DNA from: an uncultured delta proteobacterium | GTDB lineage: Bacteria > Desulfobacterota > Binatia > Binatales > Binataceae | DNA length: 64,000 bases | Reading direction: 5' to 3' | Assembly: GCA_963711565.1 (NCBI GenBank) | Contig: CAVQEQ010000003.1 | Coordinates: forward strand, 96,001-160,000 | Part shown: positions 18,524-27,741 of the stretch, piece after piece | How positions within the stretch are numbered: position 1 is the stretch's first letter | How the letters are laid out: each line of letters begins with the position of its first letter | The notes under the pieces: generated by a model | Told to the model about the DNA's origin: nothing | Database searches by the model: none | Seen by the model: only the letters and a program-made list of their open reading frames with translations | Made by a program: the position numbers and the translations under genes

Positions 18524-20482
18524 TCAGTTCGACGCCGTCTCCGCCAACCGCTTGCGGAAGCGCCCGAGCGCCATCAACGGAAAGTAGTGCGCGTACATGT
18601 GGTAGCGAAGATAGAAATGATTCGGAAACCCGTTGCCGGTCGATTCCCGCTCGTCCCATACGCCTTCGTCGTTCTGCCGCTCTGAGAGCCATTGCGCACC
18701 GCGCATCGCACTTTCGCCGATGCCTTCTTCACCGGCGATCAATCCGATCAGTCCCCACGCCGTTTGCGACGCGGTGCTGGCGCCGCGGCCGTGCCAGGCC
18801 GGATCTTTGTCGGAGAGCGGACTCTCGCCCCATCCGCCGTCCGGATTCTGCTTCGACTTGAGCCACGCGACGGCGCGCTTGATCCATGGCTCATTGATAT
18901 CGACGCCGATTGCGCGCAGACCGGACAGCGCCGAGAACGTGCCGTAGATATAATTGACGCCCCAGCGTCCCCACCATCCGCCCGCCGGCGACTGATTCTT
19001 CTTGAGCCACTCGATCGCGCGCTTCGCCACGGGATGCTCGGTTCGATAGCCGACCGCTGCCATCATCTCGAGCACGCGACCGGTGAGGTCGGGGCACGAC
19101 GGATCGGTTACCGCTTCAACGTCCGCCAACGGCAGATGATTGAGCCAGGTTGAATCGTTGTCAGTGTCGAAGGCCGCGAAGCCGCCGTCCTTCGATTGCA
19201 TTCCCATCACCCAGTTCGCGCCTGTGCGAACGGCGCGTTCCTTCGCCGCCGGATCGGTCGCGTTCGAGTCCGCAAGCACTGACAGGATTACGGCGGAATC
19301 GTCAACGTCGGGATAGCAATCGTTGTAGAACTGGAACGCCCAGCCGCCGGGTTCGAGGTCGGGGCGTTTAACCGACCAATCGCCCTTCTTGAAAATCTGA
19401 TGATCGATCAGCCACCGCGAGGTCTTCTTGAGCGCCTCATCGTCGCCGGAGAGGCCAGAATCGAGCAGCGCGCGTCCGGCGAGCGCGGTGTCCCAGTTGA
19501 CCGAGACGCACGGCATGTACATGTCGTAATCGTCGAAATGCCAAATCAGTTCTTGCGACGCCTCGATCGCGCGCTTCAGCACCGGATGGTCGTTGCGGTA
19601 GCCGTTGGCTTTCAGAGCCATCGCGCTCAAAAGGTAGCACGGCTCGATCCCGCCCCACGAGCCGTTTGCCTCCTGATGCTCGAGCAGCCATTCCTCGGTG
19701 TGACGCAGCGCACGGGCGCGCAGAGATTTTATTTTGTGCCGATCGTAAAAGCGCAGCGCCTTGTCGGCGAAGTTAAGCGCATTGCGCAATGACAGCAGAT
19801 GTTTTCCGCGTGGCTGCTTGAACTTCGTGAAGTGCGGCGGCTCGATGTAGAGCTCCAACACTCCGCGCTGGTAGTCGATCTTTTTTTCGGGACGCGCCGC
19901 TTGCAGCATCATCAGTCCCATCAAGGTTCCACGCGCCCACGAGCCCAATTCGTAGATGTTGAACGGGAACCAGTTCGGAAAAAGCGAGAGCTCGACCGGC
20001 AGTGCGGCCGTCGCGTCCCAGGTGATCTGGCCCATCGACGCCAGGTAGAAGCGCGCCAGCGTCCCGCATTTCACGATGCCACCCTTCGACAGAATCCAGC
20101 GCCGCGCAGCCGCCAGCGGCTCGTCGCCCGCGCGCATCCCGGTGAGCTTCAGCGCAAAATAACTTTCGATCGTCGTCGAGAGATACCCTTCGCCACCCTG
20201 GTAGAGCGCCCAACTGCCGTCCGGACTTTGGATGTCGAGCAAGTGCTTCTTCAGGCGCGCCTCGGTCTCGAGGTCAACCGTGTCCATGAAATGATTGAAG
20301 ATGATGAACTCCGCGTTCATCTCCGCGTTGGCCTCCAGCGGCGCGTGCCAATAGCCCTCGGGTTTCTGCAGCGCGAGCAGAGCGCGTTGCGCACGATCGA
20401 CGGTGTAGTCAATCTTCGCCACGAACTCCTCATGCGGCGACATCGCGATCGCGGTGTTTCCAATTTCGATAGCCTGACTCAT
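18524..20482 (-). CDS. shc: squalene-hopene cyclase
   Basis: YPDVDDSA (DxDD), repeated QW motifs, GRWGVNYIYGT, NGFP..FYLRY. Confidence 0.95.
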   Translation of the reverse strand: MSQAIEIGNTAIAMSPHEEFVAKIDYTVDRAQRALLALQKPEGYWHAPLEANAEMNAEFIIFNHFMDTVDLETEARLKKHLLDIQSPDGSWALYQGGEGYLSTTIESYFALKLTGMRAGDEPLAAARRWILSKGGIVKCGTLARFYLASMGQITWDATAALPVELSLFPNWFPFNIYELGSWARGTLMGLMMLQAARPEKKIDYQRGVLELYIEPPHFTKFKQPRGKHLLSLRNALNFADKALRFYDRHKIKSLRARALRHTEEWLLEHQEANGSWGGIEPCYLLSAMALKANGYRNDHPVLKRAIEASQELIWHFDDYDMYMPCVSVNWDTALAGRALLDSGLSGDDEALKKTSRWLIDHQIFKKGDWSVKRPDLEPGGWAFQFYNDCYPDVDDSAVILSVLADSNATDPAAKERAVRTGANWVMGMQSKDGGFAAFDTDNDSTWLNHLPLADVEAVTDPSCPDLTGRVLEMMAAVGYRTEHPVAKRAIEWLKKNQSPAGGWWGRWGVNYIYGTFSALSGLRAIGVDINEPWIKRAVAWLKSKQNPDGGWGESPLSDKDPAWHGRGASTASQTAWGLIGLIAGEEGIGESAMRGAQWLSERQNDEGVWDERESTGNGFPNHFYLRYHMYAHYFPLMALGRFRKRLAETASN

Positions 20483-20492
20483 GTTTCACCCT

Positions 20493-21560
20493 TCAAGGAA
20501 TCACGGCGCATTTCAGAACCACACCGCGCTCGAGCATCTCGAACACTTCCGCCAGATCGCCCAGGCGCATTCGCGCGTTGACGATCGCGCCCGCATTGAG
20601 CGCGCGCCCCGCCAGCAATTCGTAAGCGCGGCGCACATCGCGCGGCCGATAATGAAACGGCGCCATCAAGGTCAGATTGTCGTAATGCATCCGCCGCGTA
20701 TCGAGGCTGAGCGCGGTGCCGGCCGGACATCCACCGAAAAAAACCACCCGTCCTCCGCGCCGCACCCGCGCGAGCGCATCCTGCCATCCTTCGACTTGCC
20801 CGGTGCACTCGATCACGAGGTCGGGGCCGAAGCCGCCGTTGAGCCGCGCGATTTCCGCTGCGGCATCGACGCCGGCTGCATCGACGACACGATCCGCTCC
20901 CAAGTCCGCGGCCCACTTAAGGCGCTTAGTCCCCCGACCGACGACCACCACCTCGCGCACGCCCGCGGCCTTCAGCACCAACATTTGCAGCAGGCCGAAC
21001 GCGCCGCCGCCGATGATTGCGACAGTCTCGTTTTTCTCTGGACGCGCCATTTCCTGAGCATGAATCACGCAGGAGAGCGGCTCGAGCAGCGCGGCTTCCT
21101 CGAACGGCAGGTCAGCGGGCTTGATAAAAGTGTTGCGCGCGACAACGTGCGCCGGCAGCAGCAGCATGTCGGCATAGCCGCCGTGGACCATCCGCCCGAG
21201 CGCGTCGTCGCAAAGATTTTCCTGCCCATGCTGGCAGTAGAAACAGATTCCGCACGGCGCAGTCGGCGCCGCCATGATCTCGTCGCCCAGCTTGAAGGCG
21301 GTCACGCCTTCGCCCGCTTCCACTACGACGCCGGAAAACTCGTGCCCGAAGGGCATCGGAAGTTTCCAGACCGGATGGCCGCGGCGAAATGTTTTCAGAT
21401 CTGTGCCGCAACTGAGCGCGCACTTGATTTGAATCAGCAACTCGCCGGGTCCCGGATGCGGCGCGACGTAGTCGCGCAACTCGAGGCGTCCCGGCTCGAC
21501 GAGCACGGCCTGGCGCGATTGCGCGCGCGCAATTTTCGCCGACGCTTCGAGCGCGCTCAC
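20493..21560 (-). CDS. zinc-dependent medium-chain alcohol dehydrogenase inside the hpn operon
   Basis: CGTD, GHE, CGICFYC...C structural zinc site, GGGAFG; overlaps ispA stop. Confidence 0.9.
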   Translation of the reverse strand: MSALEASAKIARAQSRQAVLVEPGRLELRDYVAPHPGPGELLIQIKCALSCGTDLKTFRRGHPVWKLPMPFGHEFSGVVVEAGEGVTAFKLGDEIMAAPTAPCGICFYCQHGQENLCDDALGRMVHGGYADMLLLPAHVVARNTFIKPADLPFEEAALLEPLSCVIHAQEMARPEKNETVAIIGGGAFGLLQMLVLKAAGVREVVVVGRGTKRLKWAADLGADRVVDAAGVDAAAEIARLNGGFGPDLVIECTGQVEGWQDALARVRRGGRVVFFGGCPAGTALSLDTRRMHYDNLTLMAPFHYRPRDVRRAYELLAGRALNAGAIVNARMRLGDLAEVFEMLERGVVLKCAVIP

Positions 21561-22447
21561 AGTTTGCGCTCCACGACGAACGTCGCGATATGCCGCAGCG
21601 GGTCGGCGCGATCGCCGAGACCTTGCAGCGCGCGATGCGCGCGCGTTTCGAGCTCGCGCGCCAAATCCATCGAGCGCTCGATTCCCAATATCGCCGGGTA
21701 GGTCGCCTTGCCGCGCTCGAAATCTTTTTGCGTGCGCTTGCCCATCTGCTCCGGCGTGCCTTGAACGTCGAGCAGATCATCGACCACCTGGAACGCCAGC
21801 CCGAGCGCGCGCGCGTACACGTCGAGCGACTCGATCTGCGACGCGCTCGCGCCGCCGAGCCGCGCGCCCCCGCGCACCGACGCGAGGAACAGAGCTCCGG
21901 TCTTCTTGCCGTGCAGTTCTTCGAGTTCTTCCACCGTTTTCGATTTGCCCTCGCCGAGCAGATCGATCACCTGCCCAGCGACCATCCCGCCGGCTCCTGC
22001 CGCGGTCGCCAGCTCCGCGACAGTTTCGAGCACGAGTGCCGGCGACGCGCTCTTGTTCGCCGAAAGCGCGAGCACCTTGAACGCGTCCGTCAACAGCGCG
22101 TCGCCCGCGAGCGTCGCGATCGCTTCGCCGTAAACCTTGTGATTGGTCGGGCGCCCGCGGCGCATGTCGTCGTCGTCCATGCACGGCAGGTCGTCGTGAA
22201 TCAGCGAGTAGGTGTGAATCATCTCGACCGCGCACGCGAGTCCCATCGCCGCATCGACGTTGCCGCCGACCGCCTCGCACGACGCGAGCACGAGCACCGG
22301 CCGCAGCCGCTTGCCGCCCGCCAGCAGCGAGTAGCGCATCGCCTCATGCAGGCGCGCCGCCGCGCCGGTCGGTTCCTCGACGCTTTGCTTGAGGGCCCGC
22401 TCGATCGTATGCGCGCGCTCCTTCAAATAGCTGTGCAAGTCGAACAC
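21557..22447 (-). CDS. ispA: farnesyl diphosphate synthase
   Basis: GGKRLRP, LIHDDLPCMDDDDMRRG, KKTGALF, FQVVDDLLD. Confidence 0.9.
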   Translation of the reverse strand: MFDLHSYLKERAHTIERALKQSVEEPTGAAARLHEAMRYSLLAGGKRLRPVLVLASCEAVGGNVDAAMGLACAVEMIHTYSLIHDDLPCMDDDDMRRGRPTNHKVYGEAIATLAGDALLTDAFKVLALSANKSASPALVLETVAELATAAGAGGMVAGQVIDLLGEGKSKTVEELEELHGKKTGALFLASVRGGARLGGASASQIESLDVYARALGLAFQVVDDLLDVQGTPEQMGKRTQKDFERGKATYPAILGIERSMDLARELETRAHRALQGLGDRADPLRHIATFVVERKL

Positions 22448-22554
22448 GTCTCGTCTCTTATCCAGATGCCGGTGACGCTTCTTTGAAACCGGGATTGTTT
22501 CGCGCGTGAAGATTCCCCCACATCGCGGGGTTCACGGGTCAGCTGCGCGATTTC

Positions 22555-23559
22555 CTACGCGACGTAGTGCCGCACCATCCGCCACGAGTCCTTCAGATTC
22601 TGGCCGAACTCGAGCGCCACCGTCCCCTCAAATCCCGAATGCAGCTTGCAATCGCGGCAGCGGAAATCCTGCTTGGTACGATAATACTCCCAATCAGTAG
22701 CCGCGTGCATCTCGTTGAGCGTCTTGTAGTGTCCGTTGGTGATCAGGTAGCACGGCCCCTTCCATCCCTGCGGATTGCGCGTGACCGTCGTCCACGGACT
22801 GCATTGCATGTCGCGTTTGCCGACCAGGTAATCGAGATAAATCGGCGTGTTGATAATCTTGTAGTCGTTCGCCATGTCGCGAACCTTGAAGAACTTCGCC
22901 GGCATCTCTTCCTTCTTCAGATACTCCTCGTCGTTCTGCAGCACCTGGTAGTGATAGCCGGGACTGAGCAGCATGCCGTCGACGCCGAGGCTGGTCAGGT
23001 ACTTGACCATGTCCTCGAGCTCATCGCCCGTGGTCTCGCGGAACACCGTCGTGTTGGTCTGCACGCGGTAGCCCTTCTCCTTCAGCATCTTGATCATCTT
23101 GACGACGATGTCGAAATGACCCACGCGGTCGGTCACGCGATCGTTGGTCTCGCGCATCCCATCAAGGTGCAGGTTGAAGCTGAGATAGGGACTCGGCGGC
23201 ACCTGCTTGACGAAGCGCTCGAGCAGGATCGCGTTGGTGCAGATCATCACGTGACGCTTTTGATCCTCGATCAATCCGCGCGTCAGCGCCGCGATATGCT
23301 TGTACATCAGCGGCTCGCCGCCGCAGATCGATACGATCGGCGCGCCGGCTTCTTCCGCCGAATGCAGCGCCTCGTCGAGCGGCATCATGTCGCGAATGGT
23401 GTCCTTGTACTCGACGATTCGCCCGCATCCGATACACGCGAGATTGCACGCATGCAGCGGTTCGAGCATCAGCACCAACGGAAAATATTTTTCACCTGAT
23501 TTTCTCTTGGCGCGCATATAGCGCCCCAGGTCGATCATCTGTCTAAGCGGAATGCGCAT
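22555..23559 (-). CDS. hpnH: adenosylhopane synthase (radical SAM)
   Basis: PLVLMLEPLHACNLACIGC, GGEPL, TRNPQGWKGPCY, CRDCKLHSGFE. Confidence 0.9.
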   Translation of the reverse strand: MRIPLRQMIDLGRYMRAKRKSGEKYFPLVLMLEPLHACNLACIGCGRIVEYKDTIRDMMPLDEALHSAEEAGAPIVSICGGEPLMYKHIAALTRGLIEDQKRHVMICTNAILLERFVKQVPPSPYLSFNLHLDGMRETNDRVTDRVGHFDIVVKMIKMLKEKGYRVQTNTTVFRETTGDELEDMVKYLTSLGVDGMLLSPGYHYQVLQNDEEYLKKEEMPAKFFKVRDMANDYKIINTPIYLDYLVGKRDMQCSPWTTVTRNPQGWKGPCYLITNGHYKTLNEMHAATDWEYYRTKQDFRCRDCKLHSGFEGTVALEFGQNLKDSWRMVRHYVA

Positions 23560-23595
23560 ACTCGTGCGTTCTCCTGGATCGTGTTGAAGAAAAGG

Positions 23596-24306
23596 TTAGG
23601 CGGACGGCGCGCTGCCGCCCTCCGATGAAGATGTCCCCGACGGTCCGAACAGCCACTCACCCACCATTGCCACCGCCCCCTCGGGGTCGATCGCATTCGC
23701 GCCCATGAACAAATATTCGATCAGCAATCCGTTCAGCGCCGAGAGCAGGAACGCCGCCGCCGATTCCGGCGCCGACCGCCGCGTGCAGATTCCCTTTTGC
23801 TGCGCGCTGCCAATCAGATCGACAATCATCGCGCGATATCCGCCGTAGAGCTTCAGCACCTGATCGTTGAGGCTCTCGGAGAGCTTCTGGTCGTGCAGCA
23901 TCTGCGCGAGGAAAAAACGGACCGAGCTCGCGTTGTCGCGCACGAACGACAAGTAGGATTCGACCAGCTTCAGAATTTGCTGGCGCTCGTCCATCGCCGC
24001 CGCTTCTTCGGCGAAGTCGATGAAGTACGGCTCGAGCAGACGGTTGAGAACCGCGACGAACAACTCTTCCTTGGTCTTGAAATGCCAGAAAATCAGCGCC
24101 TTGCTGACGCGCGCCTCTCGCGCCACTTCCGACATCGAGGTCTCATGGAACCCGCGATTGGCGAATAGATGCATCGCGGCTTTCAGGATCTCGTCGCGCG
24201 AATCCTGCGAGCCGGTGCGCGGCTCCGCGATACCCACCTTTATCTGCGATACACCCATAACCCGGCTCTGACTCCCCGCTCTACTACTGTCGTCGCCCGT
24301 AGCCAC
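23596..24306 (-). CDS. TetR/AcrR family regulator heading the hpn operon
   Basis: ILKAAMHLFANRGFHETSMSEVAREARVSKALIFWHFKTKEELF; start uncertain. Confidence 0.9.
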   Translation of the reverse strand: MATGDDSSRAGSQSRVMGVSQIKVGIAEPRTGSQDSRDEILKAAMHLFANRGFHETSMSEVAREARVSKALIFWHFKTKEELFVAVLNRLLEPYFIDFAEEAAAMDERQQILKLVESYLSFVRDNASSVRFFLAQMLHDQKLSESLNDQVLKLYGGYRAMIVDLIGSAQQKGICTRRSAPESAAAFLLSALNGLLIEYLFMGANAIDPEGAVAMVGEWLFGPSGTSSSEGGSAPSA

Positions 24307-24367
24307 GAAAATCAGTCCAATGCCCGCTAATTCGAGCCGCCATCATCTGCGCGTCTCGGAATTGCGG

Positions 24368-24446
24368 CTAACCATTCGGTCAATGGAAACTTTACCGTCA
24401 CAATCTCGAAAGTCAAGAGCGACAGTCCGAGCGGTCAGTCGGTCAG
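24368..24446 (-). promoter_or_regulatory. sigma70-like promoter with TetR-type operator(s)
   Basis: Minus strand TTGACT-N16-TAAAGT, then pseudo-palindrome TTGACCGAATGGTTAG; two more TGACCG half-sites at 24423-24446. Confidence 0.6.
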
Positions 24447-24495
24447 CGCGGTCGGAAACGCTTTGCGGCGGCTTTGTCGCGCTAACTAGCCGATA

Positions 24496-25527
24496 TTAAG
24501 AGAGTTTTATCTCGACGCCGCCGTTGATGGACGATTTCCGCGCCGCCTCCATAAGCATAAGTGCGACTCGAGCTTCGGCCACGTTGCGCTTTGCGATGGG
24601 CGAATCCGTTCCTTCGGTGACGGCTAGCTCGAACTCCTCGGCCACTCCGCCGAACCATGCCGAATGGTACGAGTCGTCGGCCATGTCGGCAACCGAGAGG
24701 TCATCAACTTTTCCCGCGCGGTCGGTGAGCAGCACCCGATCCCCTTCAATCTCCAGACTCGCGCGCTCTCCATATATGAGCGCCAACGTCCGGCGCACAG
24801 GCGCGCGCCAAGAAAGATGTACCCGGGACAGCGCTCCACTCTCGAACCGGATGCGCAGGTCGGCAACGTCGTCAACGTCGGCGCTCGCCGGCGATTCGAG
24901 CCGCGCCGAGATCGACACCGGCGCGTCGCCGCCCAGAAGCCAATTCATAAGGTAGAAGACGTGCCAGCCGTGATCGATCAAAATCCCGCCGCCCGACGCC
25001 GCCGACGAGCGCCACTTACCGCCGCTGCCGCCGGCACCGGCGGGTGCGGTCCGCAGCCGATCGATCGAGACGAATCGAACGGCGCCAAGCCTGCCCGCCT
25101 CGATCGCTTTGCGCGCAGCCATATAGGCCGGCGCGTATTTCCAATTGTGCACGCACATCAAGACGCGCCGCTTCTCGGCGGCAAGCGCAGCAAGCTCATC
25201 GAACTCGGAAAGCGTGAGCGCAAGCGGCTTCTCGACGAGCACGTGCGCGCCCGCCGCAAGGGCCGCACGCGCGGCACCATGATGCAATCCCGGCGGACTG
25301 GCGACATCGACAAAATCAGGCGCCTCACCATCGAGCATCAGCTCGAGGTCGTCGTACACGCGCACATTCTTGATGAGTCGGATAGCATCGTGACGCCGCT
25401 CGGAGACAGGATCGTGAATCGCGCCGATAGCGACATTTTCGCGCGTGCGCCATCCCGGCAGATGCGCCCGCGCGGCGACCTCGCCAAATCCCGAAATAGC
25501 CCCGCGCAGTTTTGCTCGAACAGCCAT
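24496..25527 (-). CDS. Gfo/Idh/MocA family oxidoreductase
   Basis: GFGEVAARAH, HVLVEKPL, GGGILIDHGWH. Confidence 0.9.
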   Translation of the reverse strand: MAVRAKLRGAISGFGEVAARAHLPGWRTRENVAIGAIHDPVSERRHDAIRLIKNVRVYDDLELMLDGEAPDFVDVASPPGLHHGAARAALAAGAHVLVEKPLALTLSEFDELAALAAEKRRVLMCVHNWKYAPAYMAARKAIEAGRLGAVRFVSIDRLRTAPAGAGGSGGKWRSSAASGGGILIDHGWHVFYLMNWLLGGDAPVSISARLESPASADVDDVADLRIRFESGALSRVHLSWRAPVRRTLALIYGERASLEIEGDRVLLTDRAGKVDDLSVADMADDSYHSAWFGGVAEEFELAVTEGTDSPIAKRNVAEARVALMLMEAARKSSINGGVEIKLS

Positions 25528-25598
25528 TAGCGCCGTTAAGTCTCAGCTAAACCGATACCGCGAGCAACCGGCCTGCAGTCGGGTATTGTCCTGGTTTC

Positions 25599-25714
25599 AG
25601 TGGGGCGGGCCGCCGTGCCCGCCCTCTCCTCGAGGTTGCGGCCCATATCGAGCGTCGGCAGGCGTGGGCGCCGACGCCCGCGCGTCGATGGCGGGCACGG
25701 CGGCCCGCCCCACT
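25599..25714. repeat. REP doublet (REPIN-like), perfect 25-bp inverted repeat
   Basis: AGTGGGGCGGGCCGCCGTGCCCGCC (25599-25623) and its exact reverse complement (25690-25714); each arm is itself a hairpin. Confidence 0.85.
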
Positions 25715-25919
25715 ATAAGGCTACGCGATTTTGGACCCGCCGAAGCGATATTGAAACTAGGACACCACCCGCAGGCGCAACTCTGCACCGCAGTCCAAAC
25801 CCGGCATCGGCCACATCGGATTCCGAGCAGTTTCTTTGTGAAAGAATATCGATCCCCGATGGCAGCGCTCTTGCTCTCTCCTCCAGCGAAGGCTCAACAA
25901 CAGGGAGGACAGGCGAATC

Positions 25920-26159
25920 ATGTTCGCATGGATTCTAATCGGACTTATCTCGGGATGGCTGGCGGGCAAACTCCTGAACGGCAACGGCTACGGCATGATG
26001 GCTGACATCGGGCTCGGACTGCTAGGTGGAGTGATCGGAGGAATAATCTTCGCGGTGCTGGGAGTACAAGCGCACAACTTCATCGGCGCAATCCTGATGT
26101 CTACGGCAGGAGCCACCGCGCTGGTCATAGCAACGAGAATAATCCGCGACGAGATTTGA
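25920..26159 (+). CDS. GlsB/YeaQ/YmgE family stress membrane protein
   Basis: WILIGLISGWLAGKLL...DIGLGLLGGVIGG; GGAGG RBS. Confidence 0.9.
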   Translation: MFAWILIGLISGWLAGKLLNGNGYGMMADIGLGLLGGVIGGIIFAVLGVQAHNFIGAILMSTAGATALVIATRIIRDEI

Positions 26160-26209
26160 GTATCTCTTCCAACACCTCTCCCGGGGGGAGAGGTAAATTC
26201 CTCATTCAA

Positions 26210-27061
26210 TTAGATGTACAGCGCTGCGATCTTCTTCAGCGTCGCTTCCGTGTTTGCGAAGGTCAGCTCTCCCAGGCCTGCGACGAAACGCCTGGCGCCG
26301 GCCTCCGCGAACTCTTTCAAGCCGTCTTGCACCTTTGCGCGGTCGCCGCGGATTCCGCCCATGATCGTGATGTCCAGTTCGGCGAAATTCCTACCAACCG
26401 CCGCGCACTCGCGCTTGAGATCATCGACGCGCGTCTTCAACTGAGCCGCGTTCAGCGCGATCGGGCACCATCCATCAGCCCACTTCGCCACGCGCTTGAG
26501 CGCGTTCTTGTCGAGGCTACCGATCAACACCGGCGGTCCGGACTTCTGCGCTGGCTTCGGCAACGATTTCACCGGCGGAAACTTGACGTACTTGCCGTCG
26601 AACGAGACCGCGTCCTCGGTCCACAGCTTGCGCATCGCGGCGACTATCTCGGCGGTCTCACTCCATCGATGAGGGAAATCGACGCCGAACAAATCGCTCT
26701 CCTCGCGCAGCCATCCGGCGCCGATTCCGAACAGCACGCGGCCGCCCGAGTATGCGTCGAGCGTCGCGAACTGTTTCGCCAGCGCGAGCGGCTCATGCTC
26801 CGGGACGAGGCATATACCGGTGGCGAGCTTAAGATTTTTGGTGACGGCGGCCGCCATGCTGAGCGCGATCATCTGATCGGCCATCGTGAAGTACTGCGGC
26901 GGAATCGGGCCGCCGGTGGGAAACTGCTGCGTCGGATTCGCGGGCATCGCAGGATGCTCGGGCACCCAGACGGATTCGAAGCCGAGCGATTCGGCGACGC
27001 GCGCAAATTCCGCGGGATGAGCATTCTTGCCGGTGAATGGAGTAAGCAATCCAATTTTCAT
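26210..27061 (-). CDS. LLM class (probably F420-dependent) oxidoreductase
   Basis: AESLGFESVWVPEH, LAKQFATLD..SGGR..FGIGAGWLREE, PKPAQ. Confidence 0.9.
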   Translation of the reverse strand: MKIGLLTPFTGKNAHPAEFARVAESLGFESVWVPEHPAMPANPTQQFPTGGPIPPQYFTMADQMIALSMAAAVTKNLKLATGICLVPEHEPLALAKQFATLDAYSGGRVLFGIGAGWLREESDLFGVDFPHRWSETAEIVAAMRKLWTEDAVSFDGKYVKFPPVKSLPKPAQKSGPPVLIGSLDKNALKRVAKWADGWCPIALNAAQLKTRVDDLKRECAAVGRNFAELDITIMGGIRGDRAKVQDGLKEFAEAGARRFVAGLGELTFANTEATLKKIAALYI

Positions 27062-27119
27062 TTTAAGTTCTCCCGGGACACATCTTACCTAGCTCGTTCG
27101 CTTTTCTCTGTCATCTCCT

Positions 27120-27249
27120 ACACCTCTCCCCGCGGGAGAGGATGCGCCTCCGGCGCGGGTGAGGGCGCGCGCATCCAACTCAATGCCAGCGCCCTCACCC
27201 GTGCGCGACACAAGTGTCGCCGCGCGACCTCTCCCGCGGGGAGAGGTAA
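27120..27249. repeat. REP-like compound palindrome; short related copy at 26172-26196
   Basis: ACACCTCTCCCCGCGGGAGAGG...GGGTGAGGGC/GCCCTCACCC...CCTCTCCCGCGGGGAGAGGT. Confidence 0.75.
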
Positions 27250-27252
27250 CTG

Positions 27253-27726
27253 CTACCACCCAAAAAAATCTTTCGCGGCGACGAATTTCGCGACGCCGGC
27301 CGCTTCGCCCGCGAGCCGATCGACTTCCTGATCGCCGACCATCGTCGATGACGTAAGGTCAACGCCGTACAGGTCGGCGAGTTCGGTGATCATGCCACCC
27401 CTGGGCTTGCGGCATTCGCAGCGGTCGTCGTCGGTATGCGGACAGATTTGCCATCCGGTCAGGATGTCGCCGAGCTGATGGTCGAGTTGCGCAAGCGCGG
27501 CTTCGACTTTTTCCGCCTTGAGACGGCCGCGCCTGATTCCCGATTGGTTCGTCACTACGAACATCAAATGGTTATGCAGGGGGCGGAGCTTTTCGGCTAC
27601 GTTGGGGAGCAGTTCGACTACGAGGTTGCCGTCGGCGTCTATCGGAATCTCGCGCGACTCGTTGAGCTTGACGAGCGTGCCACCGAGATCGAAGAACAAC
27701 GCGGCGTTGCCGTTCGGATTGGTCAT
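27253..27726 (-). CDS. HAD-IIIA phosphatase, GmhB-like
   Basis: FFDLGGTL, VTNQSG, CPH...CECRKP, MVGD. Confidence 0.85.
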   Translation of the reverse strand: MTNPNGNAALFFDLGGTLVKLNESREIPIDADGNLVVELLPNVAEKLRPLHNHLMFVVTNQSGIRRGRLKAEKVEAALAQLDHQLGDILTGWQICPHTDDDRCECRKPRGGMITELADLYGVDLTSSTMVGDQEVDRLAGEAAGVAKFVAAKDFFGW

Positions 27727-27741
27727 GAAAAAAGATTTCGC

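Noticed and set aside
22500-22545. Hairpin between hpnH and ispA as a terminator
   Set aside because: Bulged stem with no U-tract; may be a stability element but is unsupported.
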